Below are positions 35,187-49,009 of a stretch of DNA of 64,000 nt, one piece after another (the first letter of the stretch is position 1; every line of letters begins with the position of its first letter). The translations under genes and the position numbers were made by a program. The stretch is from Chiloscyllium plagiosum. Lineage: Eukaryota. The stretch covers positions 8,537,524-8,601,523 of the forward strand of contig NC_057750.1 in NCBI RefSeq assembly GCF_004010195.1, written 5' to 3'. Under the pieces are notes generated by a model, which saw only the letters and a program-made list of their open reading frames with translations, was not told where the DNA came from and ran no database searches.

Positions 35187-37477
35187 AGTAATGCCATGAC
35201 CAGCCTTTCAAAGCACTTCATGACTTAATTTTGTAATTTCTCTTCCTCTGTCTAAGCATTACACTTATTGCTCACCCCCCACCCCCAACATATTTGCTTC
35301 TTTAGATCTGAATGATTCTTGATGGAGTTTCTCTGGCCATTCTTGGTGTGTGCGACAGAGGTTCCAGGTAGTGTCCCTTAAAAATTTTACTTCTCTCCTG
35401 CCCCTACTTGACATTCCACACCTATCCATCGAGGTCAGTAGAGAGCTGCTATGTTCTGGACAATGCCCTTTTAAATGAGACATTAAACCAGGGCCCTATC
35501 TGTCCCTGAACAGACATAATAGATTTTGTGGTGTTTATTTCAGCGAGGACTGGGGAGATCTTTCAGTGATTTGGGCCTCTAAACCCTTCAGCCCCCAAAT
35601 CAGATTATCTGATCATTGATTGATTTTTGTGAGAAATTGCTGTGCTCGAATTGGCTGCAATGTTTTTGCTTCAACAGTGTTCAAGGAACTCAAAGAAACA
35701 TAGAAAGTAGGAGCAGGAGTAGGCAATTCAGCCCTTTGAGCCTGCTCCACCATTCAGTACGATCATGGCTGATCATCCAATGCAGTCCACTATTCCTGCC
35801 TTTTCCCCAGTGACACTGAAAGAACGGTGTTATATTTCCAAGTGATATATTTCTAAGACAGGTTGTTGAGTGACTTGGAGGGGAACTTGTAGATAGTGGT
35901 GTTCCTACATATCTTGATGGTAGAGGTTGTGGGTTTAGAATATACCTCATTGATGTTTGGAAGCTAAATTTTCAGTCTCACCCACTCCATTCTGAGCTGA
36001 TGTTATCACATAGTAACATTACTTTCTATTAACTGTTTTGACATATAGAATATTGAGCTCACACAGAAGCAATATTAGAAGAATTCATCAACATCCCTCA
36101 ATAATTATCAACTTTCTGTTAAACTTAAACCACAACACAATAAGGAATGCATTAAGTCACTAGGCACCATGGTATTTAAATTGGCACAGAGACAACAGGC
36201 TTAAGTTGGCAATCTTTATCAAAATAACCAACATATAAGTCTACTCAAACAAAAGCATCACTCTTAATAAATCTTTTACAGATGAGTGAGGTGATAACTA
36301 ATGTGTTTTTATATTACACGCTCAAAATAAGATAATTTTAACCAGGCAGTTCCAGTTCTATTAACTGCATCTCAGACCTCAATGTTAGATTTAATTTTAA
36401 CAATTGACAATGTTCATCACAATAGATCCATTGCATGTTTTCCAAAGTGGCATAGTAGCTGCTGCATTTCCACAACCTTAAACTAGAGAGTCCACATTTA
36501 TTTGCAAGAAATTAATTACTGCATTGATTTCAACTTTTCTTGGATCCGAGTCAGTTAGTGTAGGGGTGGGCCTGTCAGTGACACCCATGTCCTGTGAATA
36601 AATAATAAATAATACAAACCTTCACAAACCTTGCAAATAATAAACACCCTCATGTTGAGTGTTCCCTTTTTAGGGGTATTTAAACTACTTTCTCTTTACT
36701 AAATAAAAGAGAGATCAATGATGACAGTTTTCCTTGCAAATTTTCTCAAAGATTGTACAAAGATGAGAAAAGAAAAATTTGAGGTATGAGGAAAAATAAA
36801 AGCTGCAAATTTAAAATGAGAAAACTAAGTTCTGGCAAACACAACAGCATCTGAAAGGGAAATACCTAATTTTGTCAGACTGTAATTTGAGGCCTACTCG
36901 AGGTGGACTATGCTACAGTAAAATAAATGTGTTTTCTTTTATGTCTGTTCTTACTCACAATGGGAGTACAGGTGAAAAGAGATCAGCCTATTTAATAAAG
37001 GAGCAATTCCTATATCTGTTGTGTTTCAGGCAGAAAAAACATTGTCCACAGTCATTCTGGTCTGATTCAGATCAACATTTGGGGTGATTGAAGCCTGGCC
37101 CTCTTCCAACTCTTGGAGCTTGTGACTAAGCACCTGTGAGAGGGAGGTTAAAAGACAGGTTTAGAGAATCCTTCGGAGCTTGGAGCATGGGCATTGAATT
37201 GTGGCTGATGAACTTTCAAATCATCTGACCTGGGACTATGTAGGGATGACATTTCTCCTGTAAAAGGGGTAGGGTACTTGCTTTGCAGCTCGGTGGGATT
37301 TGGACAGGTTTGCAGAATTTCAAGTAAAGGAAGCAGGGCAATAAATTAACATGATATTCACCGAGCGTCCTCATGAACTGCTGCACTTTATCTGCAGAAG
37401 GAACATTAGTGAGCGTAAGAGATATAATTCACTCAAATGTCAGAACTCTCAGACAACTAGCCCCCTGTACCTCCTTG

Positions 37478-37684
37478 GAGGAGAAAGTGAGGACTGCAGA
37501 TGCTGGAGATCAGAGTTGAAAATGTGTTGCTGGAAAAGCGCAGCAGGTCAGGCAGCGTCCAAGGAGCAGGAGAATCGACGTTTCGGGCATGAGCCTGAAG
37601 AAGGGCTCATGCCCGAAACGTCGATTCTCCTGCTCCTTGGATGCTGGCCTGACCTGCTGCGCTTTTCCAGCAACACATTTTCAG
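37478..37684. mobile_element. Palindromic PLE pLTR insertion (P1a) with 14-15 bp TSD
   Basis: TSD ccctgtacctccttg at 37463-37477 and 37685-37699; ~79-bp arms at 37517-37595 and 37604-37683. Confidence 0.95.
37592..37625 (+). ncRNA. Minimal hammerhead ribozyme motif, intact core
   Basis: cCUGAAGA a gggc-ucau-gccc GAAAC GUC ga. Confidence 0.75.
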
Positions 37685-38279
37685 CCCTGTACCTCCTTGT
37701 CAAGTATTGTCTTTGACCAATTCTTTGTTTGGCTTATTTTCCTGAATTGGTTGATGCATATCAATCATTATCACTATCAGTTGTCCCTCGAATCAAGGGT
37801 GACTTCTACTGGCAGTCACAGGTCTCTGCCATCAGCCTTCACATGAGTGAACAGACCAACTCTTGACTCGCAGAAGTTTAGGCACACAGGGCAAGAAATC
37901 CCATGAGAAAGAGGGGCTGCGGGAGAGATATTGCTCCCTTTTCCTTTCCTTCTCAGCCGTCTGCCTTGCTGTGGAGACATTGGGACTCAAGGGCGCTGCA
38001 GTAAGGTTATCGCCATTTTGGTAGCAAACTCCTCCCTATTATTAATGTGGCGACATAGAAGCAGGAGGAGTTCATTCAACTGCTCAAGCTTGATCCAACA
38101 ATCTATTAGATCATGGTTGATCTCTCTCAAATTAATTGAACCCCTGTACCCCCACCTTACTTAACAGAAGTTGATCAGTCCCAGTTTTCACATCTTACAT
38201 CAAAGCCCCAACCACTCCTCATGGGGGATAGAAAATTCCTTATTTCTGCACTTTGCACAAAGTAATTAATCCTGACTTA

Positions 38280-40035
38280 AAGTCATAGATTTATAGAGCT
38301 GTACAGCATAGAAACAGACCTCTCAGTTTAATTCGTGCATATTCTAAATTAATCTAGTCCCTTTTGTCAGCATTTGGTCATATCTTTCTAAACCCTTCCC
38401 ATTCATATACCCATCCAGATGCCTTTTAAATATTGTCATTGTAACAGCCTTCGCCACTTCCTCTGGCAGCTCAATCCATACACGCACTACCCTGTGCATG
38501 AAAAGGTTGCCCCTTAGGTCCCTTTTTAATCTTTCCTGTCTCACCTTAAACCTATGCCCTCTAGTTTTGGACTCCCCCAACCCAGAGAAAAGACCTTGTC
38601 TATTTACCATATCCATGTGCCTCATGATTTTATAAACCTCTATAAGGTCACCCCTTAGCCTCTGACGCTGCAGAGAAAATAGCGTCAGTCTATTCAGCCT
38701 CTCCCTATAGCTCAAATCCTCCAAACCTTGCAGCGTCCCTATAAATCTTTTTTGAAGCAGTTCAAGTTCCACAACATGCTTCCTATTGGCAGGGAGACCA
38801 GATGGGATTGTATTCATTAGAGTTTAGAAGGTTGAGAGGAGATCTAATAGAAACTTACAAGATAATGCATGGCTTAGAAAGGGTGGACGCTGGGAATTTG
38901 TTTCCATTAGGCGGGGATACTAGGACCCGTGGGCACAGCCTTAGAATTAGAGGGGGTCAGTTTAAAACAGAAATGAGACATTTCTTCAGCCAGAGAGTAA
39001 TGGGCCTGTGGAATTCATTGCCACGGAGCGCAGTGGGAGGCCAGGATTTAAAATGTTTTCAAGGCAGAGATTGATAAATTCTTAATCTCGCAAGGAATTA
39101 AGAGATTTGGGGAGAGTGCAGGTGAGTGGCATTGAAATGTCCATCAGCCATGATTGAATGGTGGAGTGGACTTGATGGGCCGAATGGCCTAACTTCCACT
39201 CCTATACATTATGGTTTTAATTGCACACAGTATTCCAAAAGTGGGCTAACCAATGTCCTGTACAGCCGCAACAGAATCTCCCAACTCCTCTCCTCAATGC
39301 ACTGACCAATAAAGGCAAGCATACCAAACACCTTCTTCACTATCCTTTCTAATTGCGTCTCCACTTTCAAGGATCTGTGAACCTGCACTTCAAGGTCTCT
39401 TTGTTCAGTAACACTTCTCAGGACCTTACCATTAAGTGTATAAGTCATATCCTGATTTGCCTTTCCAAAATGCAGCATCTCACATTTATCTAAATTAAAC
39501 TCTAACTGCCACTCTTCAGTCAATTGGCCAATCTGATCAAGGTCCCATTGTACTGTGAGGAAACCTTCTTTGCTGTCCACCAAACCTCCTTTTTGGAGTC
39601 ATCTGCAAACCTACTAACTGTACTTCTTATGTTCACATCCAAATCATTACATAAATGATGAAAAGTAGTGGACCCAGCACTGATTTTTGTGGCACACTGC
39701 TAGTCACAAGCCTCCAGTCTGAAAAGCAACCCTGCACCACCACTCTGTTTTCTACTGTTAGGCCAGTTCTGTACCCAAATGGTCCCATGTGATCTAAACT
39801 TGTTAACCAGTCTACCACGAGGAGCCTTGTCGAGCGCCTTACTAAAGTCCATATAGATCACGTCCACCACTCTGCTGTCATCAATCCTCCTTCAAAAAAA
39901 CTCAAATTAAGTTAGTGAGACATGATTTCCCTCACACAAAGCCATTTTGACAATCCCTTATCAGTCCTTGCCTTTCCAAAAGCATACAAATCCTGTCCCT
40001 GAGGATTCTCTCCAACAACTTGCCCACCATTGACC
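38280..40035 (-). mobile_element. CR1 ORF2 3' half with tail, interrupted at 38801-39215
   Basis: [55 protein letters not shown]. Confidence 0.93.
38801..39215 (+). mobile_element. Nested CR1 3' fragment in opposite orientation
   Basis: GLYSLEFRRLRGDLIETYKIM...RGHSLRIRG...WNSLP and UTR. Confidence 0.9.
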
Positions 40036-40391
40036 CCATGAATGGTTTATTTTAGTCCAGAAAGCCATTCAGGGAAGGGTATAACTGGAGCCAATCTTAC
40101 TAGACTTTGATAAGGATTTATACATTAGAAGCAAACATCTCCTGACTCAACAACCACCAGTCTGTGTAATTTTATAGCAGCACAAGTGAATTTGCAGTTC
40201 TGGACCGTACACTTAAACTGGAACTGATCTGTATTAACTGTATATTAAAGATTTGTCCGTTTATTTTCTAAGCTCTGTCAGAGGAAATAGTTTCTCTCTC
40301 TTATGTTGTACACAGATTTTGGTACAGTACTGTATCTAAGGGAAAGGTTATGCTGGGTGATTCAGGCACAAAAGTGGAGCTGGGGACACAC

Positions 40392-40520
40392 TCAAAGAGT
40401 GTGGAGCTGGAAAAGCACAGTCGGTCAGGCGGCCAAGGAACAGGAAAACTGACGTTTTAGACATAAGCCCTTCATCAGGAATGAGCTCTCCAGCATCTGC
40501 AGTCCTCACTTTCTCCTCCC
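40392..40520. mobile_element. Short inverted PLE pLTR insertion
   Basis: Minus arm to ~40483 (decayed HHR), then plus-strand tail ctccagcatctgcagtcctcactttctcc. Confidence 0.8.
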
Positions 40521-40959
40521 TGAGGACACAATCAACCATGAGCTTATTGAATAGCAGAGCAGACTCAAGGGGCCAAATGACCGACTCCTGCTTCTATTTC
40601 TTAGATACTTAAATGTAGATTGTTCTTCAAGGAGATTAGAGATGGAGGATATTGCTACCAGCGATGTGCACAGCAGTGCAAAAAATTTTAGAAGTACTTG
40701 ACAACACTATACATCCCCACTTTGAGGATGGTACAGTTACAGCACGTGACATTTACTTAGATGGTATTGTCTTCAAAGGTATTTTTTAGTTAAAACTGTT
40801 TGGGCATGTTAGGGAACAGCTCTGGGTGAGGTAGCACTTGAATCCAGATTTCTGACCAAGAAGTACAGATAGTACAACTGCACCATACGACACTTAAACC
40901 TGTCCCTTAGAATTGTAGAAATTGCACCTTATATTGGAAATATACCCATTACAGTTTGC

Positions 40960-41700
40960 ATTTTTTTATTTTGGCTATGAGATGTGGGCATTACTGGCAG
41001 TGCCAGTATTTATTGCCCACTCCTAAATGCCCCTTGACTTGATTGGCTTGTTAGAGACATTTTGAGAGGATAATTAAGAGTCAAGGAGTCACATGTATGC
41101 CAGACCAGGTAAGGAAGGCAGATTTTCTTCCCTAAAGGATATCGGTGAAGCAGATTGGTTTCCATTATCTCCATAAATAATATGAACAGAATTGGTAGTT
41201 CAGCCCCTCAAGCCTTCTCCATGCAATTCAATAGGATCATGACTGATCCGACATTCTTCATATCCACTTTCCTGCCCTTTCCCTTTTACCCTGATTCTCC
41301 AACTGATCAAGAATCTATCTCAGCCTTTTATACACACAAGGACAGTGCCCCACAACTCTCTCTGATAAGGAGTTCAAAAAACTCTCAATCCACTGAGTGA
41401 AGAAATTCCTCCTCATCTCATCCTTAAATTGGTGCCCGTTAATTCTGAGACTTTACCTCTGATCCTAAACTCCCCCATGAGGGGAGATATTCACTCAGCA
41501 TTTACCCTGTGAAGCCATTTTAGGATCCCATACATATCACAGAGATCACCTCTCATTCTTCTAAATTAAGCCAACATTTTATTCTAGATTTTTAGTAAGT
41601 CCAAATTTAACCATCTACCATGGATGGGATTTGAACTCTCATCCCAGAACATTAGACTGGGCTTTAGGGATTACTAGCTCAGTAATATTAACTCCTTTAT
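40960..41700 (-). mobile_element. SINE family B split by a CR1 3' end (~41180-41570)
   Basis: Antisense tail gatgtgggca...tttattgccc; head resumes gggatttgaactc...ggattactag. Confidence 0.7.
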
Positions 41701-44700
41701 ACCCTGTTTTTGTTTTATTCCCTGTGTACAGACTAATATTTGTGTTCAAAAGTTGAAATATTTGGAAGATTCTACAACAACAGTAACTTGCAATTGTGTA
41801 GCATATTTAACGTAGCAAAATGTTCTGAGATTCTTCCCAGGAGCATTATCAGACAATATTTAGCACCTAGCCACACACAATGAGTCATTTGGAATGGTGA
41901 CCAAGGGCTCGGTCGCAGAGAATAGGCTTGAAGGTTCATCCTGAAGGAGGAGGTGGAATTACGGGAGGGAATTCCAGAACTTAGGAAGGCATAGCTGCCA
42001 ATGGTGGAGCAATGGAAATTGGGTGATGCTCAAGGGACAAATGGGAGGAGTTGAAATATTTGTGAGTGCTGCATGAGGCGACAGGGCTAGAGAGGGGCAA
42101 GGCAATGGAGGGATTTTGTCCAGCTCAAGCTTAATAAGTCAGTGACACGATTGAAACAAAACTCTTGTCTTTTGGTAGTGTCCTTCCCCCTGGACTGAGA
42201 GAACTTGGTTTAAGTCTATATGTAATAGCATCTCTGAACAGGTTGATTAGAAAAATAGGTTAAATGTATAAAAATTGAAATGAGACTTGCCGGACCCAAG
42301 AAGATCAGCTCGATGCTCTATTTATCTGGTAAGACGATGTGATGAAACCAGGCTTCTTTTTTATTATATATTCGCACCACTCTCCACTGAGACCTGCCAG
42401 TCAATCAATCACTGGAGCGTGACCAGGATACACGATGTTTGTTTGTTTAGTTAGTTGCTAAGAATATTTAAGCAGCACCGCCTCATCGGGCTGTCGGAGC
42501 ACGTTCTGTGCAGAAGCTCAGGGCCAGGTTTCAGAGCTGCAGCTTGCCTCACGGACAGACCAAGCAGCAGTCTGTGACATTAAGCATTCCGATTGTTTCC
42601 GCCACATTTCAAAATGCCTCCTTTGATGAGGTGTTTGTAAGGGGGGGTGGGGTGGGAGGTGAGAATTGCCAGCTTGCAGCACTTTATCATAGCAGTTAAC
42701 TATTTGACTGCTTGGGGCATCACCAGAGCGCCTGAACCAGTGTAACTGAACAGAATCACAGGGAGTATTATAGCGTTCAGAGGGAGGCTGTTCAGTCTGC
42801 CATGCCTGCTCCAGCTCATCAAAACGAGCACTACTACCTATTGCCAGTCTCCCGTCTTTTCCCCCATACCCTTGCGCATTACTCAAAGTTTCCAGTTAAA
42901 GGTGCTCAAATGTTTTGTGGCTCGGTTAGCCCAATTGGCTGAATGATTGGGTTTTGATGCATTGGGATGGTAACAGTGAAGGTTCAGTTCCTGCACAGTT
43001 GAGGTTACCAAGCAGTTCGCACTTTGCCCCTTGACTGCCCCTTAACCTTTGAGTTAAGCTATGACTGGTTTTCTTACTGATAGGGGTATGGGACTGTGGC
43101 AACATCATCTTTATTTATTTTATTTGGAATCTGCAATATATGGAAGCATCTCTGTGTGGCCTACCAAATCCTTTCATAATGTTAGAGACGTCTATCAGGT
43201 TTTCACTATGTAGTCTTAAGTTTTCTAGTGAAAAGGTGAAAATCCAATCCAACCTATCTTGTTAAATGTAGTCTCTAGCAAAATGGTTCTTGCCCAAAGA
43301 AATTATGATGTTGAAGGGAGATCTATTGTGGTGCCCAAAAAAAAGCAGGTAGTCAAATTGGCAAAATAACAAAATAAACATGGGAAAAGGTTAAAGTAAG
43401 ACAAGCAAGGGGAATAAGAGCAGACTGGATAATTACTGGGTGTTCTAGAGTGAGTTCTTCAGATCTTCATATAAGCTCAGGCACTTTGAGGTTATTTTTA
43501 AAAATAGACTGTATATGATGGCAGGGCTAAGCTGCGTCATGCTCTGACCTCATTGAGTATATTTAAGACTGAGTTTGATAGGTTCTTGAGGATCAAGGTT
43601 TACAGGGAGAAAGAGGGAGAATGGGATTGAGAAACTAATTAGCCATGAAAAGCAGACTCTGGGCTGAATGGCCTAATTTCTCTTCCTATGTCTTATGGAC
43701 TCATAGCAGAGTACCAGCGCATGACCACTGAGATCACTGCAGAAGCTTATCTACCTATTCAATTGAACACTTGTGTCTGCAGCAACTTTTCAGAAGCCAT
43801 TGCCCTTAAATATTTTTTATTTAAAAGTGATTCTTTATCTATAAGTGGAGTTTATACAGTATTATGGGCCACATTTGTTTGGAGCCACTGTTAGCTCTTG
43901 GGCGTTTTGGTCAAAAAAAAGGCCAGCATACCATTTACCTTCTTCACCATCTGCTGCACCTGCATGCTTACTTTCAGTGACTGTTGTACAAGGACACTTT
44001 GGTCTCTTTGCACCTCCCCTTCTCCCAATCTCTGCCATTCAAATAATAAGCTGCATTCCTGTTTTTGCTACCAAAGGTAGATGCCTTCACATTTATCCAC
44101 ATTATGCTTCATCTGCCATGCATTTGTCCACTCACTGAGTCATATGGAAGCATTGCTGTATCGTCCTCCTACCCAGCTTTGCGCAATTTTTGATCAAAGG
44201 CTATGGGAAGAAAGCCGGAACAGGGGACTGACTTGCCTGATCAGCCATGATCCTATTTAATGGTGGAGCAGGGTTGAGGGGCTGAACGGCCTACTCTTAT
44301 TCCTATTTTCTATGCTTTTACATGTCATATAATGAATTGTGACATTTTAGGTTGGGTATTTCCATGGAGGGTTAGGAAACAGGAGCCGGGACTGCTTTCA
44401 GATCTCAAACTTATCGGGGGGAGGGAGTTGGGTAGTACAGCAGGTGCTGCTTGGAATCTTCACGGAGGCAACCACTTAATTGGCCTTGAGATATGCTCCC
44501 TGTCAAAATAAGGGTAGAAGGTGGCCTCTCAAAGCTAGAGGGCCAATTAGAGGCCAGCTGACTTGAGAAGAGCAGCAAAAGATGTGGTGGGATGGAGGGG
44601 GGGGGGAGCGGGGGGAGGTGGGATTGACCACAATGGTGCCCTCTCACTAACGTTTTGAAGACTTTGAATCAAAGAGCCAGACTACTGCTGTGGGCTAGTG

Positions 44701-45409
44701 TGAGTGGGATGTGGGTGGGGGATGAAAGTTGCTTTGACCATACTCCCACTCAGAGAGGCAGGGAATGCTCGTACGCTTGTCAGGAGCACTGCCACTCCAG
44801 CTGTCCATTGGATGCCTGCCTTCAGGGAGTTAAGGTGCCCCCCCCCCCCTAAAGAAAAACGACCATGTCATTTCAGGAAATGGTGGCTGAGAGGAAAATG
44901 GCAGTTGGCTTTCTTTAGCATGGTTACCCAGGCTCTTGATGAGCCTCATTTTTTCAGACAACCCTATATGAGACAGTTAACCCTGCACAGCTGAAATACC
45001 TGATGTTGGTAACAGGATTGGAGGCAATCACATGACTGACACTAATTTTGTGGGCCCCATGTTCGTCCCCTCTCCCCCTCTTGGTGGATTCTGAAAATCC
45101 AGCTGTTAAAGTTGAATGCTTTCCCATCACTCATCACCATGGCAACAGGGGTGGGACTTGGTATGGGAGGTTAGATTGTGGGTGTGGGATGGGGAGCTTG
45201 GAATTTACACCAAAATATCCTGTTTTACCCCTCTCCAACTCTGCCCAAGAAGAAGCAAGATGGTTGCTAGAGACATTGTGCTGGGTCTCTGAAAAAAATC
45301 AATTATTCATTACTTAGGTTTATATTTTCCAGATTTTCATACAAAACTGTCCTTTGACTTGTTGGTTGTCATTCTTCCAGTTCACCAAATGACTATCTTT
45401 TTAAAAATA

Positions 45410-46930
45410 AACCATGCGATGTGGGTATTGCTTGCTAGGCCAGCATTTTTTACCCATCTCTAATTGCTCAGAGGGCAGTTAAGAATCAACCATATTGCTG
45501 TGGGTCTGAAATCACACGTAGAAAAGGCCAGATAAAGCTGGCACATTTCCTTTCCTAAAGGACATTAGTGAGCCAGATAAGCTTCCCAGTGGTCAACAAT
45601 GGTTACATGGTCATCATTAGTTTCTTAATTCCAGATTTATTTTAAAAATTGAATTCACATTCTGTTCTGTGCATGGTGGAAATTAAACTTCGATCCCCTG
45701 ATCATTACCTAGAGATAATAGTCTTTTTATTACAACTAGGCCATCACGTTTCTTTTATGCACAGCTGTCAACTCGTTGGGATTACCCTGGAGTCTTCACA
45801 GCTAGCCCATCAAACTCTGAGATATGGCAATGAGCAAGCCCTATGAGAGCCATCAGACTGAAGTTGTGCCTTTTTATGACATAAGACATATGAGCAGAAA
45901 TTAGGCCATTCAGCCCATCGAGTCTACTCCACCATTCAGTCATGCCTGATACGTTTCTCAACCTCTTTCTCCCTGTAACCCTTTATCTCCATAATACTCA
46001 AGAACCTATCTATTTCAGTCTTAAATATACTCAATGACCTGGCCTCCACAGTCTTCAGTGGCGATGAATTCCATGGATTCACCCCTCTCTGACTGAAGAA
46101 GTTTCTCCTTATCTTCATTCTAAAAGGTCTTCTCTTTACTCTAAGGATATGCCCTCAGGTTCTAGTCTCTCCTACCAATGGAAACATCTTTCTAACATCT
46201 ACTCTATCCAGGCCTTTCAGTATTCTGTATGTTTCAATTAAATCTCCCCATATCCTTCTAAACTCCATTTCTTTGAGCCCTGAGAAAAACATCAGAGAAG
46301 GGGGATGGGGAATGTTGTTTGACTGGCATCCTGTTGACTGACAAAGAGTTTGTCTGCTTTCCAATTGGCAACATTGCTGTGCTGTTGGGTGTGCCAGCCA
46401 AGAAGTGGGAATATGGAGGCAGGGTGTTTGGAGGTCAGAGATCATGGGATGATCCCTTTTGGAATGAGTTCCACCAGGGATAGCAACTTCTACCACTGCA
46501 TCATTCAACCATTATTAGAAACTTTATTGCAAGGATAGCGTCTTCCGTAATTTTGTTTCATTTCATGGGATGTCGGCATCACTGGGCAAGGCCTACATTT
46601 GTTCCAATTCCTAATCATCCTTAAATTGCGAGGCTTATGCGTCATTTCAAAGGGCAGTTCATTGTCAAGCATATTGCTGGTCTGGAGTCACATGCAGACC
46701 AGACCAGGTGAGGACAGCAAATTTCCTCTCCCAAGCTATCAGTGAACCAGATAGGCTTCTATAACAATTGATTATTTTTATGGTCACTATCACTGAAACT
46801 AACTTTCAAAATACGTGATGTATTAAGCAAATTTTTATTCCATCAGCTGCTGTGGTGAGATTTGGACCTATGTCCCCAGGGTATAAAGCTGGATCTCTGG
46901 TCCAGTGGCACCACCAGTATACCACCGTCT
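45410..46930 (-). mobile_element. Cluster: SINE B (45410-45750), CR1 3' end (45880-46270), SINE B (46560-46930)
   Basis: Antisense SINE B bodies; CR1 EFRRIWGDLIETYRILKGLDRVD and RRNFFSQRGVNPWNS. Confidence 0.78.
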
Positions 46931-47358
46931 TAACAGTCAGTGTAGGTGATGCGGTCAAACGTCAAGGAGAGCGTTCAATCTTTTAGCCCCAGGGTAAAAA
47001 TTCAACTGATTGAGCCATAGTTTGAGAGAGACAATGGGAAAATGAGTAGTAATAATAACCCAAGGTGCCCTTACGTCTGGCAGGATCTTCTTCATTATTG
47101 ATATTCTCCTGGTTGTGGGATTAACAGCAAACTATTAAAATAATCCTGTAAAAAATTGATTTCAGTCTTCTGTCTCTGCATTGATGCTCTTTCATTTTAT
47201 TTTCAGCAATAGGATCCCAACAGAGGAGAAGTTCCACTTCCTTGGCCATTGAGTTATTTGAACAGCACTTAGGAGGACACATCCTACAGGTAAGACAATA
47301 TTCTCCTCAAGTCCCACTCCTTTTACCATTCTTTCATAGACTGTCTTTTCAGAGTCAA

Positions 47359-47533
47359 GGAGAAAGTGAGGACTGCAGATGCTGGAGATCAGAGTCAAAA
47401 AGTGTAGCACTGGAAAAGCACAGCAAGTCAGGCAGCATCCGAGGAGGCCTTAAGCCCGAAACATCGACTCTCCTGCTCCTCGGATGCTGCCAGACCTGCT
47501 GTGCTTTTCCAGCGCCACATTCTTTGACTCATA
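47359..47533. mobile_element. Palindromic PLE pLTR insertion with 10-bp TSD, inside SINE B
   Basis: TSD tcagagtcaa at 47349-47358 and 47534-47543; junction at ~47446 near HHR stem II. Confidence 0.88.
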
Positions 47534-48114
47534 TCAGAGTCAACTACATTGTTGCGGATCAGGAGTCTTATGTAGGCCAGACTAAGTAAGGACAGCAGAT
47601 TTCCTTCCTTAAAGGACATAGTGGATCAGATGGGTTTTTACAGCAATCAGAGGCATGTTTGTGACCAATGTCACTGAGATTAGCTTTTAATGCTGACTTT
47701 TTATAATTAGTTGAATTTATTAATTAGAGTTAACCCTGTTGCTGTGGGTCTGGAATCACAGGGGAGCAAAATTGCCTTTACTGGGAAGACTGAGCAGGCT
47801 GAGGCTGTTTTCTCAAGCACATTTCTGATTGGGTCTTGTAGAGTAAATGTAGAGAGATTATTTTCACTGGTTAGAGAATCCACAAATGGGGGCCATGGAC
47901 ATAAGATAGTCACTAATGAATCAGGAATTCAGGAGAAACAATCTTTACTCAATGGGGGGAATGTGATCTCATTACCACAAGACAACAGACAAGAGTGAAT
48001 GGCATAGAAAGGGAAGTTAGTAATGTCAGGAGGGAAAAGTGTGCAGAGAGAAATATTGAGAGATTCTGGTTAAGAAGTGACTCATATCCAGCCTGCTCTA
48101 GTCCCGAAAACTCT

Positions 48115-48592
48115 ATGTCATAGAGTCATATAGCATGGAAACAGACATTTCCATCCAACCAGTCCACGCCGATCATGTTCCCAAACCAAACTAGTCTCAC
48201 CTGCCTGCACTTGGCCTATATCTCTCCAAATCTTTCTTATTCATGAACTTATCCAAATGTCTTTTAAATATTGTAACTGTATCTGCATCCAGATGTTTCT
48301 CTCGAAGTTTATTCCACATATGAACCACTCTTTGTGTAAAAAAGTTGCCCCTGTTTTAAATCTTCTCCCATCTTAAAAATATGCCACCCAGTTTTGAAAC
48401 TCCCACCCAGGGAAAAGACCCATGTCATTCACCTTATCTATGCCCCCATGGTTTTATAAACATCAATAAGGTCACCCCTCAATCTTCTATACTCCAATGC
48501 AAAATGTCCCAGCATTTACAGTCTACTTTTATATCTCAAACTGTCCATTCCCGGCAACATCCTGGAAAAATTTTTGTGAACCCTTTACAGTT
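48115..48592 (-). mobile_element. CR1 3' end
   Basis: Antisense tail gtcatagagtcatatagcatggaaacaga and ORF2 C-terminus. Confidence 0.85.
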
Positions 48593-49009
48593 GTAATGTC
48601 CTGAGGAGAAGTTTGGAGAATTCCCATTGCTTTTGCAACGAAACAAGGAAACTTCCGGAATATCCTATAACTGGCTTAACACTTTGTTGTTGTTCATGCA
48701 GCTGCCCTGCACTGTCAGGACATTAGCTCCCATCATCTTACATTATTGACTTACTGACTGGGGGAGAACTAAAAGTCCATGGAAAATGCAAGACTTCATC
48801 ATTGAAATTCTGGCCATTTCTTCCTTGCTCTGTAAGGGAGGAGCTTTCACTCATCTCTTACATGGCAACAAGGGTCAGGGTCACGAGTGAGGCTCCTGCT
48901 CCTCAGGTGGGATGTATATCAAATTGTCATAGTGGAGGCTGGTAGTCACAGTGAGTAAAGGGAAAGAGACCTCCAAAGGGGTATTTACAGGCCCATAAAA
49001 AGTGATCAA

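Larger units (their letters stand above)
33591..35225 (-). mobile_element. Rex1/Babar LINE, same family as 25300-26249, with a PLE insertion
   Basis: MKCFERLV, KTKELIIDF, FFLRQLRKF, IESILSG; (gaatt)n antisense tail at 33591. Confidence 0.93.

Noticed and set aside
37478..37684. Classification of the palindromic inserts as DNA-transposon MITEs
   Set aside because: Arms equal PLE pLTR sequence linked to RT/GIY-YIG at 57250-59436, and junctions and TSD lengths differ between copies.
37351..37716. Recurring peptides MCCWKSAAGQAAS and EGLMPETSILLLLGCC in many ORFs
   Set aside because: These are chance translations of the repeated non-coding pLTR on both strands.
42472..42562. REST/RE1 half-sites (cagcacc and ggacag)
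   Set aside because: They are about 75 bp apart, far outside canonical or known non-canonical spacing.
44340..45110. GC-richer segment, possibly an old non-autonomous DNA element (similar impression at ~32905-33440)
   Set aside because: I could not define terminal inverted repeats, a TSD or a second alignable copy by eye.
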